IMG/VR virus record: IMGVR_UViG_2654587505_000001
Span: 1-64,000 of that record
Direction: 5' to 3' (one strand)
Origin: a virus
Lineage: Duplodnaviria > Caudoviricetes
Length of the DNA: 64,000 bases
The notes beneath the pieces were generated by a model. The model was given only the letters and a program-made list of their open reading frames with translations. It did not search any database and was not told the DNA's origin. The number at the start of each line of letters is the position of its first letter. The stretch's first letter is position 1. A program made the translations under genes and the position numbers. This document shows positions 48,535 through 57,710 of the stretch, one piece after another.

Positions 48535-50460
48535 ATGCGAATATTAGTAGACGATAAATGTTATACAAGCAAACCGAGCAACGCTGGAATTGTCACCAAT
48601 AGTATTGTGAATCACCCTGTAGATATAACAATTGAAAAATTAGCAGAGGAAATTGTAAAAGGAAAATCATTCACACTTTCGGATTTTCATACAGTTGACG
48701 GAAAAATTAGTAGATCACAAGAATACTGGAAGTCACAACAATTGATTTGTCTAGACTTTGATAATGAAATTGTCAAGAAAATCAATGGCAAGCGAGTAAA
48801 AGTAAAGTGCATTACAAAAACATGGGAACAAGCAAAAGAAGAATTTAAAGAAACTGCTGCTTTCATGTATAAAACATTCAACTACACTGATAATCATCAT
48901 AAGTTTAGAGTTGTGTTTATGCTTGATGAGGTAGTTATCAATGATAAATTGATGGATGGTATATTAGAGGAATATAAAGACAGATATCCTGATGCCGATC
49001 CTAAGTGTTTTGAACGTGCCAGACTGTTATATGGTGGCACTGAGATATATGTGTTTGATTACAACAATAGAATAAATGTTAATACATATATAGATAAGTT
49101 AAATATACATAATACATATAGTCAATCTGTTGATCAGGGGGTTTTGGGAGTACAATATTCATTAGATAAATACTTTAATGCTATTGTAACCCCAAAACCC
49201 CCCCCAAAGTTAATTAGCGTAGAAAAAAACCTGAGTTTAATAAGAACAAAGAATGTCAAAAGATTACATGAGATATTGAATCCTCAGCCAATTAAGTTTT
49301 ATACATACAGTGAAACTGTGGAGTATATTAAAAAACAGGATATTGGTTTGTTACTTGGTATTGATACTCCGTCTAATTTTAGATGCATATTTCATGAAGA
49401 CAATAATCCGAGTGCCAGTATATTTAAAAATGCTGATACTGGTGATTATATTTATTGTTGTCAGAGTAGTAACTGTACATTTGGGACAGGTATGGTAATT
49501 AAATGTATTGAGCGAATTTTAAAATGTAATAGGATACAATCATTAAAATTTTTAAGGGAATTATATAAAGTTGAATTTCATCAAACGGAATGGCAAAAAG
49601 AACAAATTGAATATTTAGACGAGAATATTCGATATTTACAAAGTCCAGACTTTCCACAAGAATATCCTATACAATACGGATTAATCAAAAATTATCTTGA
49701 TGATTTAGTGAAGTTCATTAGTATATCTAAAGATTACATTCCTGCTGAACATTATTCGATTGAACATGCGAATGTTTTATTTTTTATGAGTCTTCGACAT
49801 TTCGCTAAGATATGTGGAAAAAGCAATATTTCTCGTGTTGGTGATCGAATAGCATTGTTCACATATTTAAAATATATTTACAAATTAGATGAACATGAGA
49901 TTCCAGTTAGATTATTAGAAAGAGCAAAAAAGGAATTAGTTATGAATAAGAACAAAAATAGTATTAGTAGCATGAATTTGATTAATTTTTATTCTATTCA
50001 CCCATACTCAGAAGAAACACTGTCTGAAACAGAGAATAAGGCAAAAGAGTTTAGAGGAAATCATTTCACTATGAAAGGAATTTCTAAGGAAATGTTTATT
50101 AGAGCATTAGGAGAAGAAGAAGCAAATAGAATATATCCTCAGATGAAGGAAAAGAAAGTCAGTGAAAAGAGTCATAGGATAACTAAGGAATTAGAGCAGG
50201 CTGCTTTACAGTTGATTGATGAAAAGGGGTGGACTACCGAAAGTGAAATATTGAAGTTAATTGATGGAATAGTTGAGGGAAGTAAAGACTCTAAGCAAAG
50301 ACAGATGAAAAAGATAATTGGTGAATTATGTATTAAATATGGAATAGAGAGAAAAAGAGCGAATAAAATTCTTTTGACAGAGTTGGGAATAGGTAAGATT
50401 TATAATGATGAAGGAATAGAATGTTATCCATTTTTGTTGATTAAAGTAGATAATTTATGA
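48535..50460 (+). CDS. Putative primase/replication initiator (AEP-like N-terminus, CHC2-type Zn finger)
   Basis: CLDFDN and YKT..KFRVVF AEP-like motifs; FRCIFHEDNNPSASI..YCC..C zinc finger; GAGGAG RBS before ATG 48535. Confidence 0.7.
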   Translation: MRILVDDKCYTSKPSNAGIVTNSIVNHPVDITIEKLAEEIVKGKSFTLSDFHTVDGKISRSQEYWKSQQLICLDFDNEIVKKINGKRVKVKCITKTWEQAKEEFKETAAFMYKTFNYTDNHHKFRVVFMLDEVVINDKLMDGILEEYKDRYPDADPKCFERARLLYGGTEIYVFDYNNRINVNTYIDKLNIHNTYSQSVDQGVLGVQYSLDKYFNAIVTPKPPPKLISVEKNLSLIRTKNVKRLHEILNPQPIKFYTYSETVEYIKKQDIGLLLGIDTPSNFRCIFHEDNNPSASIFKNADTGDYIYCCQSSNCTFGTGMVIKCIERILKCNRIQSLKFLRELYKVEFHQTEWQKEQIEYLDENIRYLQSPDFPQEYPIQYGLIKNYLDDLVKFISISKDYIPAEHYSIEHANVLFFMSLRHFAKICGKSNISRVGDRIALFTYLKYIYKLDEHEIPVRLLERAKKELVMNKNKNSISSMNLINFYSIHPYSEETLSETENKAKEFRGNHFTMKGISKEMFIRALGEEEANRIYPQMKEKKVSEKSHRITKELEQAALQLIDEKGWTTESEILKLIDGIVEGSKDSKQRQMKKIIGELCIKYGIERKRANKILLTELGIGKIYNDEGIECYPFLLIKVDNL

Positions 50461-50570
50461 TTGTGAAAAATTGTATGCTATAAAATAGAAAAATATAAAT
50501 ATATCCAGATTATAAGCATAAGATACTGGCTACTTTGAAGAATATTGGTAACGTTGAATAATAAACTTTC

Positions 50571-50601
50571 AAGGTGACTCTAAGTGTGAGTCATCTTTTT
50601 T
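50571..50601 (+). terminator. Terminator of replication operon
   Basis: AAGGTGACTC-loop-GAGTCATCTT-TTTT. Confidence 0.75.
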
Positions 50602-51439
50602 GTTAAATATACTGTATATATTCATGTATATCATTGACTCATGTATATCATTGTTAAAAATATCCCCCCCTCATATAGGTTAAATCGGAACGTGAAAAGC
50701 TATAATCGACAATTATATAATTTTTGATGAATGTGGACGGAAAAAACTTAGATATTATAATGGTAAAATTGTGATTTAAGAGTCGCATTATGTGGTCAAA
50801 TAGATAGTTTTAATCGTGAAAGTATAGGTAGAACAAGGGAAAATTAGATATTAGAGATGTGAAATTTGTTAATTATGGAGAAATTGTGAAGAAATATATG
50901 GTAAGTTCCATGAGGTAATGAGTGTTAAAAATGTAGTAATTGTAAGGATATTTGTAATTGGTGAATATAGTAGATACGATTATAGATACGATTATAGTAG
51001 AGTGTGATGAGAAGTGAAATTGGTATTTTGATGTAAATTTAGTGTAATAGTGTAATCGATTGGTAATTTTAGTTGGAGGTGTGGATGGAAGTGCTCACAG
51101 CGTAAAATGGAAATAAATGGTTGATTTAGTTGTAAATATACCCCCCATACCTATATTGTAAGAGATGTAAAAAGCCTTGTAAACACTAGTAAAAACACAT
51201 GACTAACAATTATTAGTCATGGGTTATGGAAATAGATACCATTTGTTAAAATTTACTAATCTTGCTTTGGTCTATGATGCCAGCTTAATTAGGTTAAAAT
51301 AAGTGTTTTATCGATCAGTGCAGAATGATACTAGACCATTAATGACCACCAGTGCAGACTACCAGAACTTTGTTTAATAGATAAACAAATCGTATAGTAA
51401 CATGCGTCCATTTTTACAAGTGTTAACAAATACATATAC

Positions 51440-51544
51440 ATATATATACAATTGCAAATACATATAAATATATACACATATAATAACTTAATATATACAT
51501 ATAATATCATCAAAACTTTATATATATACAATTGCAAATACATA
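51440..51544. repeat. 25-bp direct repeat x2 (ATATATATACAATTGCAAATACATA), 80 bp apart
   Basis: Copies at 51440-51464 and 51520-51544. Confidence 0.85.
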
Positions 51545-51664
51545 CATATACAAATACATTATCTATATCACATCTTATCACTATATCACATTATATCCAC
51601 AACTTTATCACAACAACATCACCTACAACAAACAAATAAAATATACAAAATAAACATAATATAC

Positions 51665-51693
51665 TTGCTTTATATATATAAAAATGGTATTAT
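51665..51693 (+). promoter_or_regulatory. sigmaA-type promoter with palindromic spacer
   Basis: TTGCTT-17 bp-TATTAT, extended TG; TTTATATATATAAA in spacer. Confidence 0.65.
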
Positions 51694-51731
51694 TATCTTG
51701 TAAGGGAAATCTGATACATAGGAGGACTCGA

Positions 51732-51917
51732 ATGGATGAAAAAACCCTTATTGCAATCTTATCCTTTATCCTAACACTAACTAAATTTATCTTAGATGAA
51801 TACAGACGGTGGAAGGATAAACGAAAAGAGGCAGAGTTAAAACGCTTAGAACAACTAGAACAGCAAAAAGAAAATGGCGCCTACCCTCCGCGTAAGGATA
51901 GACACCACAAGCGTTAA
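51732..51917 (+). CDS. Putative type I toxin (61 aa, N-terminal TM helix, charged tail)
   Basis: AGGAGG RBS; LIAILSFILTLTKFIL hydrophobic segment; 3-prime overlap with antisense transcript. Confidence 0.65.
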   Translation: MDEKTLIAILSFILTLTKFILDEYRRWKDKRKEAELKRLEQLEQQKENGAYPPRKDRHHKR

Positions 51918-51964
51918 AGCTCAACCAAGGAGACAGCGAGAACTTCGGTTCTCCTGTTTCCCTC
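51865..51964 (-). ncRNA. Putative antisense (antitoxin-type) sRNA, ~100 nt
   Basis: Minus-strand promoter TTGCAT-18-TATAAT (52000-51971), internal hairpin, 13-bp terminator stem (51875-51907) plus U-run. Confidence 0.65.
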
Positions 51965-52036
51965 CATTCTATTATACAACTCCTATGTATCAATATGCAA
52001 CTATTCATTAAATAAATCCGAAAAGGAGGAAACGCC

Positions 52037-52213
52037 ATGTTTAAACAGCACAATATTGTTAATTATTTATCAATCCTTACCAGCATCATTTTAATATGCT
52101 CTATATCCTCTAGTGACTCTGATATTACACGTTACAGTGTTTATATACTAGCAGTTATGACAATCATTATAAGCTTTATATCAATTTTACGGACTAGATC
52201 CCATAACCGTTAG
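52037..52213 (+). CDS. Small two-TM membrane protein (58 aa; not in ORF track)
   Basis: AAGGAGG RBS; MFKQHNIVNYLSILTSIILIC...VYILAVMTIIISFISIL. Confidence 0.7.
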   Translation: MFKQHNIVNYLSILTSIILICSISSSDSDITRYSVYILAVMTIIISFISILRTRSHNR

Positions 52214-52253
52214 TATTGACTCATAATGAGATAATACAATACATAAAACGTTT

Positions 52254-52278
52254 AAAGCCTATCTCTATAGGCTTTTTT
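52254..52278 (+). terminator. Terminator
   Basis: AAAGCCTAT-loop-ATAGGCTTTTTT. Confidence 0.75.
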
Positions 52279-52506
52279 ATTATATTTTTATTAGCACTAT
52301 TACATGGACAATCCATAACTCCACCTCACAGGACATATAAACTCCTCATACAATCCTATCTATCTATATCTACTCACAAAGCTTCTATCCTTGCTCATAT
52401 CCTCTTATATGGCCTTTACTTACTCTTTATATCCATTATCATTTTACACGCTATATAATGTAATAAAAACATTAAACAAATAAAAATAAAAAATATAAAA
52501 AAGTGT

Positions 52507-52535
52507 TTGACAAATTAACTCACATCCTGTAATAT
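52507..52535 (+). promoter_or_regulatory. sigmaA-type early promoter
   Basis: TTGACA-17-TAATAT with A-tract UP element. Confidence 0.7.
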
Positions 52536-52590
52536 AATAATCAAGAATTAGGGGTGAGTCTAGTCCGCATCATTATAGGAGGTTATCCAA

Positions 52591-53748
52591 ATGAAAACAT
52601 TAACTCAGTATATAATTGACTTTGCTACAGATTACGAAAATGTCTTTAATAATCGCGTAATGTCCATTAATACACATAACAATACTATCTATTTCCGCTT
52701 TCGTATCAACGCTAATAAAGCCCATTATTCCCTTGATATGATCAACGTATTTGCTAATGTAACTTACAACGTCGTTACTAACTCAATTAAAGTTGTAACC
52801 GAGAATAGCAAAGGATCACGAAAATATAACTCATACGTAAAATATGAGTGTGAACAACTTGTGAAAATGTTTGTTTCTGAATCTCAAAAGGCTTTAGACG
52901 TTGAAATCAGGGAAGCAAAAAGTCAATGTTATGACCGTTGTCACGTTGAATTATTATCTATGATTGACCAGACAAACACAACTCATAAAAATCTATGTTA
53001 CGGTTATATCAATCAAATATTAGACTTATATCAAGCTGGTGCAAGTGTAGAAGAAATGGAACTAAAATTGATTGAAGTCAAAAAAGAAATGTTGTCAGAT
53101 GTTAGACTATTTCCGAAAGTTGAAAATATGCAAGAAACTTCCAACACTCAAGACGAAACAACAAACAATAATACATACACAGCATATAACCGTTCATTCT
53201 CTTCCTATGATGAGGCATATAACTATTGCATTCAATCAGACTTTGATCCCGAATATATAGAGGCTGTTAGTGCTCCAGCCTCTCAAAACGCCTTACGACT
53301 TGACTTACAATTATTTGCATCTCCCATTGATAACAACGTATCAATCACTAACGGAATATGGATAAAAGGTAACTATACAGTAAAATACATAGTCGAACAC
53401 ACCAAACATGACAAAGACATAAATATAAATTATGATAATATAATCAAATTCGAATGTAAAAACCTACAGCAAGCGCACGAATTAGCAAACTTGTATAAAA
53501 GCCATGATTATAATAATATCTCAATATACTATACCGTTTATAACGCCAACAATGAGCCGATTATAGAGGATTATATCACAGATATGTCGTTTATCATGTC
53601 CGAGTCGGAAAAACGTCGTATAAGTCAAATAAAGCAAGATAACGAGCAATTAATAAAAGAACTGGAACTACACAAAAGTTTCGTGGCTCACTATAAATCC
53701 GAAAAGGTTTTTGATCAATTTAAAGAGAATATAAACAATAAAGAATAA
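52591..53748 (+). CDS. Hypothetical multidomain early protein with internal LRLDLQLFAS motif
   Basis: 385 aa, AGGAGG RBS. Confidence 0.8.
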   Translation: MKTLTQYIIDFATDYENVFNNRVMSINTHNNTIYFRFRINANKAHYSLDMINVFANVTYNVVTNSIKVVTENSKGSRKYNSYVKYECEQLVKMFVSESQKALDVEIREAKSQCYDRCHVELLSMIDQTNTTHKNLCYGYINQILDLYQAGASVEEMELKLIEVKKEMLSDVRLFPKVENMQETSNTQDETTNNNTYTAYNRSFSSYDEAYNYCIQSDFDPEYIEAVSAPASQNALRLDLQLFASPIDNNVSITNGIWIKGNYTVKYIVEHTKHDKDININYDNIIKFECKNLQQAHELANLYKSHDYNNISIYYTVYNANNEPIIEDYITDMSFIMSESEKRRISQIKQDNEQLIKELELHKSFVAHYKSEKVFDQFKENINNKE

Positions 53749-53814
53749 GCCTATAACAGTCGCACTATTATGTTGTGGGCTTATTTTTAAAAAATTTTAC
53801 TGTGCCTTAAAGGA

Positions 53815-54264
53815 GTGTCTAAAATGTCAACTCAACTAACAACATATTATCGCTTTACCAACTCTAACTCTCCCATGTCCGATTGGGGTCATGCAATGTT
53901 CGCAGAAGATCGTTACAAAGTTGAAAATTACGGCAAAAATGAATATACTATCACATCAGATAAAACTGTTGATATTTATGATATAAAAGATTTGATTATC
54001 AACAAATGGATTGAGTGTCAAGAAAATGAATACTTTGGGTCTCTGTCTGAAACGGGATATTGGTTAACTGTCGATGCAGAAGAAATATTTGAATCTTTTA
54101 ATCCTACAAATATTGTTGATTCTGCCGAAGGTTATGATCATGACATTGTATGCTGGTTGTGGGAAATGGTACTAGAACCAAACAATATCATGGCTGTTAG
54201 AACATATGACGGAGCAGTATGTTTTGACGAAGAATTAATAGAAAAAATTATTGAAGCTGTATAA
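53815..54264 (+). CDS. Hypothetical acidic protein
   Basis: AAGGAG RBS, likely ATG 53824. Confidence 0.75.
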   Translation: MSKMSTQLTTYYRFTNSNSPMSDWGHAMFAEDRYKVENYGKNEYTITSDKTVDIYDIKDLIINKWIECQENEYFGSLSETGYWLTVDAEEIFESFNPTNIVDSAEGYDHDIVCWLWEMVLEPNNIMAVRTYDGAVCFDEELIEKIIEAV

Positions 54265-54516
54265 TATACCACAATTTGTCTTGATCGGTCAATGAATAAT
54301 ACATACCACACTGTATGTAAAGTCGATAGATTTAGTGTAACAGTAACCTTCAAAACAATGCTAAATTTGAATTATTATTATTATTGTAAAAAAGATGAAT
54401 AAATAGATAGATATAAAGCCCACCACTAGGGCTTTTTCTTTTTATTTCCTGATCTTTTATATAAGATTCACAAAATAAATCATTTAAATAAAACATACAA
54501 AAACAATAAAAATATA

Positions 54517-54545
54517 TTGACTGATCAAATAGTAAAGTGTATAAT
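54517..54545 (+). promoter_or_regulatory. sigmaA-type promoter of TA operon
   Basis: TTGACT-17-TATAAT. Confidence 0.75.
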
Positions 54546-54572
54546 TGACTTATACAAAAGGTGGTGATATAA

Positions 54573-54848
54573 TTGACTCAGGATGAACTATTTATCTTAA
54601 TCAAACGTTTAGCATCTGAACGAAAGTACAAACTCACTTCACATGCACTAATAAGACTAAAGCAACGCAAATTAACTCGAAACGACATCCTAGACATATT
54701 AGAAAATCCAAAAAGGCTAATAAGAGAAGATGTATCAAGCGATGGAGTACATACATATAAGATTGCAGGAGGAATAAACAATCACCGATTAGCAATAGAA
54801 ATACAAGATAACGAACTAATTATTATCATCACGGCTATGAATAAATAG
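54573..54848 (+). CDS. DUF4258-like (RelE-fold) putative toxin
   Basis: LTSHALIRLKQRKLT..DI, terminal IIITAM. Confidence 0.75.
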   Translation: MTQDELFILIKRLASERKYKLTSHALIRLKQRKLTRNDILDILENPKRLIREDVSSDGVHTYKIAGGINNHRLAIEIQDNELIIIITAMNK

Positions 54849-54886
54849 TTCATAGCCTTATCATAAACTAAAAGGAGTGCATAAAA

Positions 54887-55309
54887 ATGAAATGCATCAA
54901 ATGCAGATCTGAATCCTTCAATAACTTTTTAGACACTTTAGAATTTGAAATTGACGGTAAAATATTTGTTGTCGAAAACATACCATGCGAACAATGTACA
55001 GTATGCAACGAAAAATATTATGATGATGAAGCAAATCAATATATTGACAAACAACTTGAAATATTTAAAGCAGATGGATTTGAAAACAAGGCCAAAGAAG
55101 TTACAAAAGAAAAAGGATTGACTCAAGAACAGCTAGGTGAATTATTAGGAGTATCTAAGCAGCGTATCAATCAAATATTTAAAGATAATAATCCAGATGT
55201 TAAAACTATGATCAAAATTAGCAAAGCCATAAATGAGCCTATACAAAATGTATTTTCTTTTAATCGGGTTATCAAAAAGGACAATAAATTTTATCTTGAC
55301 AGAAACTAA
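54887..55309 (+). CDS. MqsA/YgiT-type Zn finger plus XRE HTH, putative antitoxin
   Basis: MKCIKC..NIPCEQCTVCNEKYY; LTQEQLGELLGVSKQRINQI. Confidence 0.8.
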   Translation: MKCIKCRSESFNNFLDTLEFEIDGKIFVVENIPCEQCTVCNEKYYDDEANQYIDKQLEIFKADGFENKAKEVTKEKGLTQEQLGELLGVSKQRINQIFKDNNPDVKTMIKISKAINEPIQNVFSFNRVIKKDNKFYLDRN

Positions 55310-55323
55310 AGTAAAATAAACGC

Positions 55324-55352
55324 TTGACAAATATAACTCAAGCGTTTATTAT
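55324..55352 (+). promoter_or_regulatory. sigmaA-type promoter overlapped by 13-bp inverted repeat
   Basis: TTGACA-17-TATTAT. Confidence 0.7.
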
Positions 55353-55382
55353 ATAAATATAAATAAAATATAAAAATATGGA

Positions 55383-55586
55383 GTGATTAAAATGACAAAC
55401 ATAATCCAAAAAGCTCTCACAACTTCTGGTTACTATGACATTGAACCAACAGTTTCTAATCTTATCGAATGTTACCTTGATTATGCTGACGCTTATGGTG
55501 GCGATATAGACGACATCCGAGAAGACATCCAGAATGGTGATATCACTGTCAATCAAATGTGTAATGCTTTGATCCGTTGCAACTAA
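55383..55586 (+). CDS. Small hypothetical protein
   Basis: GGAG RBS, likely ATG 55392. Confidence 0.65.
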   Translation: MIKMTNIIQKALTTSGYYDIEPTVSNLIECYLDYADAYGGDIDDIREDIQNGDITVNQMCNALIRCN

Positions 55587-55610
55587 AAAATATATTGGAG
55601 GTATACTATT

Positions 55611-56147
55611 ATGACTCAATCAATAGAAATGGTTCAAGCCGAATTTGATTTCATTTTTAACCCAGTTAAACCTAATCCTCTAGATTCTTCACAAACAAAC
55701 GAACGTAAAAAATATACTGTCACAGATGCAAATAAACAAGCTTGGTCTAATCAAGTTAAAACTTTTGAGCTAACCAATGTCAACCAAAAATACCTTGAAT
55801 CTTTCCGAAACTCTAAATATCCAAACTATGAAACCGATCCGAAACATAAATCATCTTGGGCGCAATATAAATGTTCTTGCGGTAATTTTATGGAGTTTTT
55901 AAACGGTAAAGACGCTATTTCCATTACTCAAGAGGATATAAATTCTTTTTTATCTGATGTCACAAACGAGAATACAAGAGCCAACCGTACAGCACACATC
56001 AAATCCATGCTTACATATGCACTCAATAAAAATATCTCATTTTGTCGTCAACGTGCAAGCATATTTGTCTTATTGTTTACGGATATGATTCCAGAATGGC
56101 TTTTAAACGATAAAAATATGGTTAAACGACTTACAAGCGGAGAATAA
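55611..56147 (+). CDS. Stand-alone integrase N-terminal SAM-like (core-binding) domain protein
   Basis: Y...C.NF.EFL..K....ITQEDINSFL...TRANR..HIKSML pattern; no catalytic domain. Confidence 0.6.
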   Translation: MTQSIEMVQAEFDFIFNPVKPNPLDSSQTNERKKYTVTDANKQAWSNQVKTFELTNVNQKYLESFRNSKYPNYETDPKHKSSWAQYKCSCGNFMEFLNGKDAISITQEDINSFLSDVTNENTRANRTAHIKSMLTYALNKNISFCRQRASIFVLLFTDMIPEWLLNDKNMVKRLTSGE

Positions 56148-56187
56148 GCAAATACATCTTAAAATCAATTATAGGAGGTTAAACATT

Positions 56188-56295
56188 ATGTATAAATCAG
56201 GTTATCTGCTCAATGGTAAACTATATGTTAAATCTAAAAATGGCAAAGGATCTATTGAGTTATCACTGGCAGCTTATGCACATCACGAAAAGTAA
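56188..56295 (+). CDS. Small protein (35 aa; not in ORF track)
   Basis: AGGAGG RBS; MYKSGYLLNGKLYVK... Confidence 0.55.
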   Translation: MYKSGYLLNGKLYVKSKNGKGSIELSLAAYAHHEK

Positions 56296-56323
56296 ATAAT
56301 ATAAATTAAAGGAGATAATCAAA

Positions 56324-56650
56324 ATGAAAAAACTATTTCTTATTTCTCTTATCCTATTTTCCTTTTTCTCATCTCAAGCATTCGCTTGCAAACAAATCTC
56401 TAAAACTCTTGAAACTATCGATTATGTTTATTATGATACTCAATCTAACACCTATTACGCTATTACGGTTTCAGACACTTCAGGATCGTTTTGGGTACTT
56501 GATATCATGCAGAGTGATAAGGAGGATCAAAAGGTATTAAAACATCTTAATGACCGTTTTAGAGGCTTGAATGTAATCATTGAATATACAGGAAATTTAA
56601 ATATTATAGATTATGTTGATATTGTTTCGTTTGAGTTTATAAACCATTGA
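56324..56650 (+). CDS. Secreted hypothetical protein
   Basis: Signal peptide MKKLFLISLILFSFFSSQAFA. Confidence 0.75.
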   Translation: MKKLFLISLILFSFFSSQAFACKQISKTLETIDYVYYDTQSNTYYAITVSDTSGSFWVLDIMQSDKEDQKVLKHLNDRFRGLNVIIEYTGNLNIIDYVDIVSFEFINH

Positions 56651-56696
56651 AGATAAAATTTAATTTCATATAAAAATAAAAAATGAAAAATAATGC

Positions 56697-56725
56697 TTGA
56701 CTTTATATATATAAAGAAATAATAT
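56697..56725 (+). promoter_or_regulatory. sigmaA-type promoter with palindromic spacer
   Basis: TTGACT-17-TAATAT; CTTTATATATATAAAG. Confidence 0.65.
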
Positions 56726-56763
56726 AGAAATATAAATAAATAATACAATTGGAGGTCAGCAAA

Positions 56764-57132
56764 ATGAAGATTCAAGAAATCGGATCATTGAACCTTAACG
56801 AGACAGTTTTTAAACTCAGCGAAAACAGCATTACTGCAAAGGTTAACAATAAAACTAAGGCGGTTATAAACGATGTTCAACTGGTTAGCAACTTACCATT
56901 TAATCGCAAAGTTGATTTAAACGTAAAATTCAATAGCGCATTGAATAAATTTTTCGATAACTTATACATAGGATTGGATAGCACACTTTACTATATCATT
57001 GACCAAAAATATCATGAAGCAGTTGCAAAAATGGCTAATTATGGAAATGACAGTGAATTAAAAGAGATGATGGAAAAGGTTAATGCATTATCTAAATTGA
57101 ATGTAAATGTATTGTTTCTGAATGTTGCATAA
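56764..57132 (+). CDS. Hypothetical protein
   Basis: GGAGG RBS before ATG 56764. Confidence 0.75.
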   Translation: MKIQEIGSLNLNETVFKLSENSITAKVNNKTKAVINDVQLVSNLPFNRKVDLNVKFNSALNKFFDNLYIGLDSTLYYIIDQKYHEAVAKMANYGNDSELKEMMEKVNALSKLNVNVLFLNVA

Positions 57133-57198
57133 GAGGGAAAGTTAATTCCCTCTTACCTTTAAAACATTGATTTTATTAGACGAATGGAGGAAAAGAAA

Positions 57199-57399
57199 AT
57201 GTATAGATTCAAACTTATGGATAAATCAGGGAAGTTATATGACAAGGTTTTTGCCATTATCGATAAGCACGCATTTTTATTTAAAATCTCCAGTGATAAC
57301 GAATATCAGGATAACGACGGGTATGTTATAGAATTTAATTCTTTACCTGCTGGAGCATATGAGGAGATAATAAAGTTAAAAGGAATTATAGAGTTATAA
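57199..57399 (+). CDS. Hypothetical protein
   Basis: GGAGG RBS before ATG 57199. Confidence 0.65.
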   Translation: MYRFKLMDKSGKLYDKVFAIIDKHAFLFKISSDNEYQDNDGYVIEFNSLPAGAYEEIIKLKGIIEL

Positions 57400-57647
57400 A
57401 AAGGAAGCAAAAAAATGTAAAGATAGCATGTTTGGCGATATTCTTTGTAAAGGAACGGTTTGTTCTCTTACTGATAAATCAGTAACTATTCGTATCTATC
57501 GGAGTAAAACAAAAGGACATACATTGCGAGTTGGCGATATCGGCATGATCACAAAAGTTGGGACATTTATAGTGATACATATAAGGAATTAGACGTTATT
57601 TAATTGAAAATAAAATAAACAAAATATAAAAAATGACTTTTTATGTA

Positions 57648-57675
57648 TTGACTTTATAAATATAAAGTATATAAT
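57648..57675 (+). promoter_or_regulatory. sigmaA-type promoter with palindromic spacer
   Basis: TTGACT-16-TATAAT; ACTTTATA-AA-TATAAAGT. Confidence 0.65.
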
Positions 57676-57710
57676 GTAGATATAAGGTTTGTACATAGGA
57701 GGCGGTTAGA

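Noticed and set aside
51590-51612. DnaA boxes (ATATCCACA, TTATCACAA)
   Set aside because: Only mismatched single copies within low-complexity sequence.
50600-51620. CRISPR array
   Set aside because: Repeats occur only in pairs, with no regular repeat-spacer periodicity and no cas genes.
51452-51703. ORFs 51452..51703, 51331..51543, 51787..52053 and 52216..52458 from the track
   Set aside because: No RBS, low-complexity translations; they overlap repeats, promoters, the sRNA or a terminator.
57415-57603. Possible gene after 57399
   Set aside because: No convincing RBS/start; may be a decayed gene but is unsupported.
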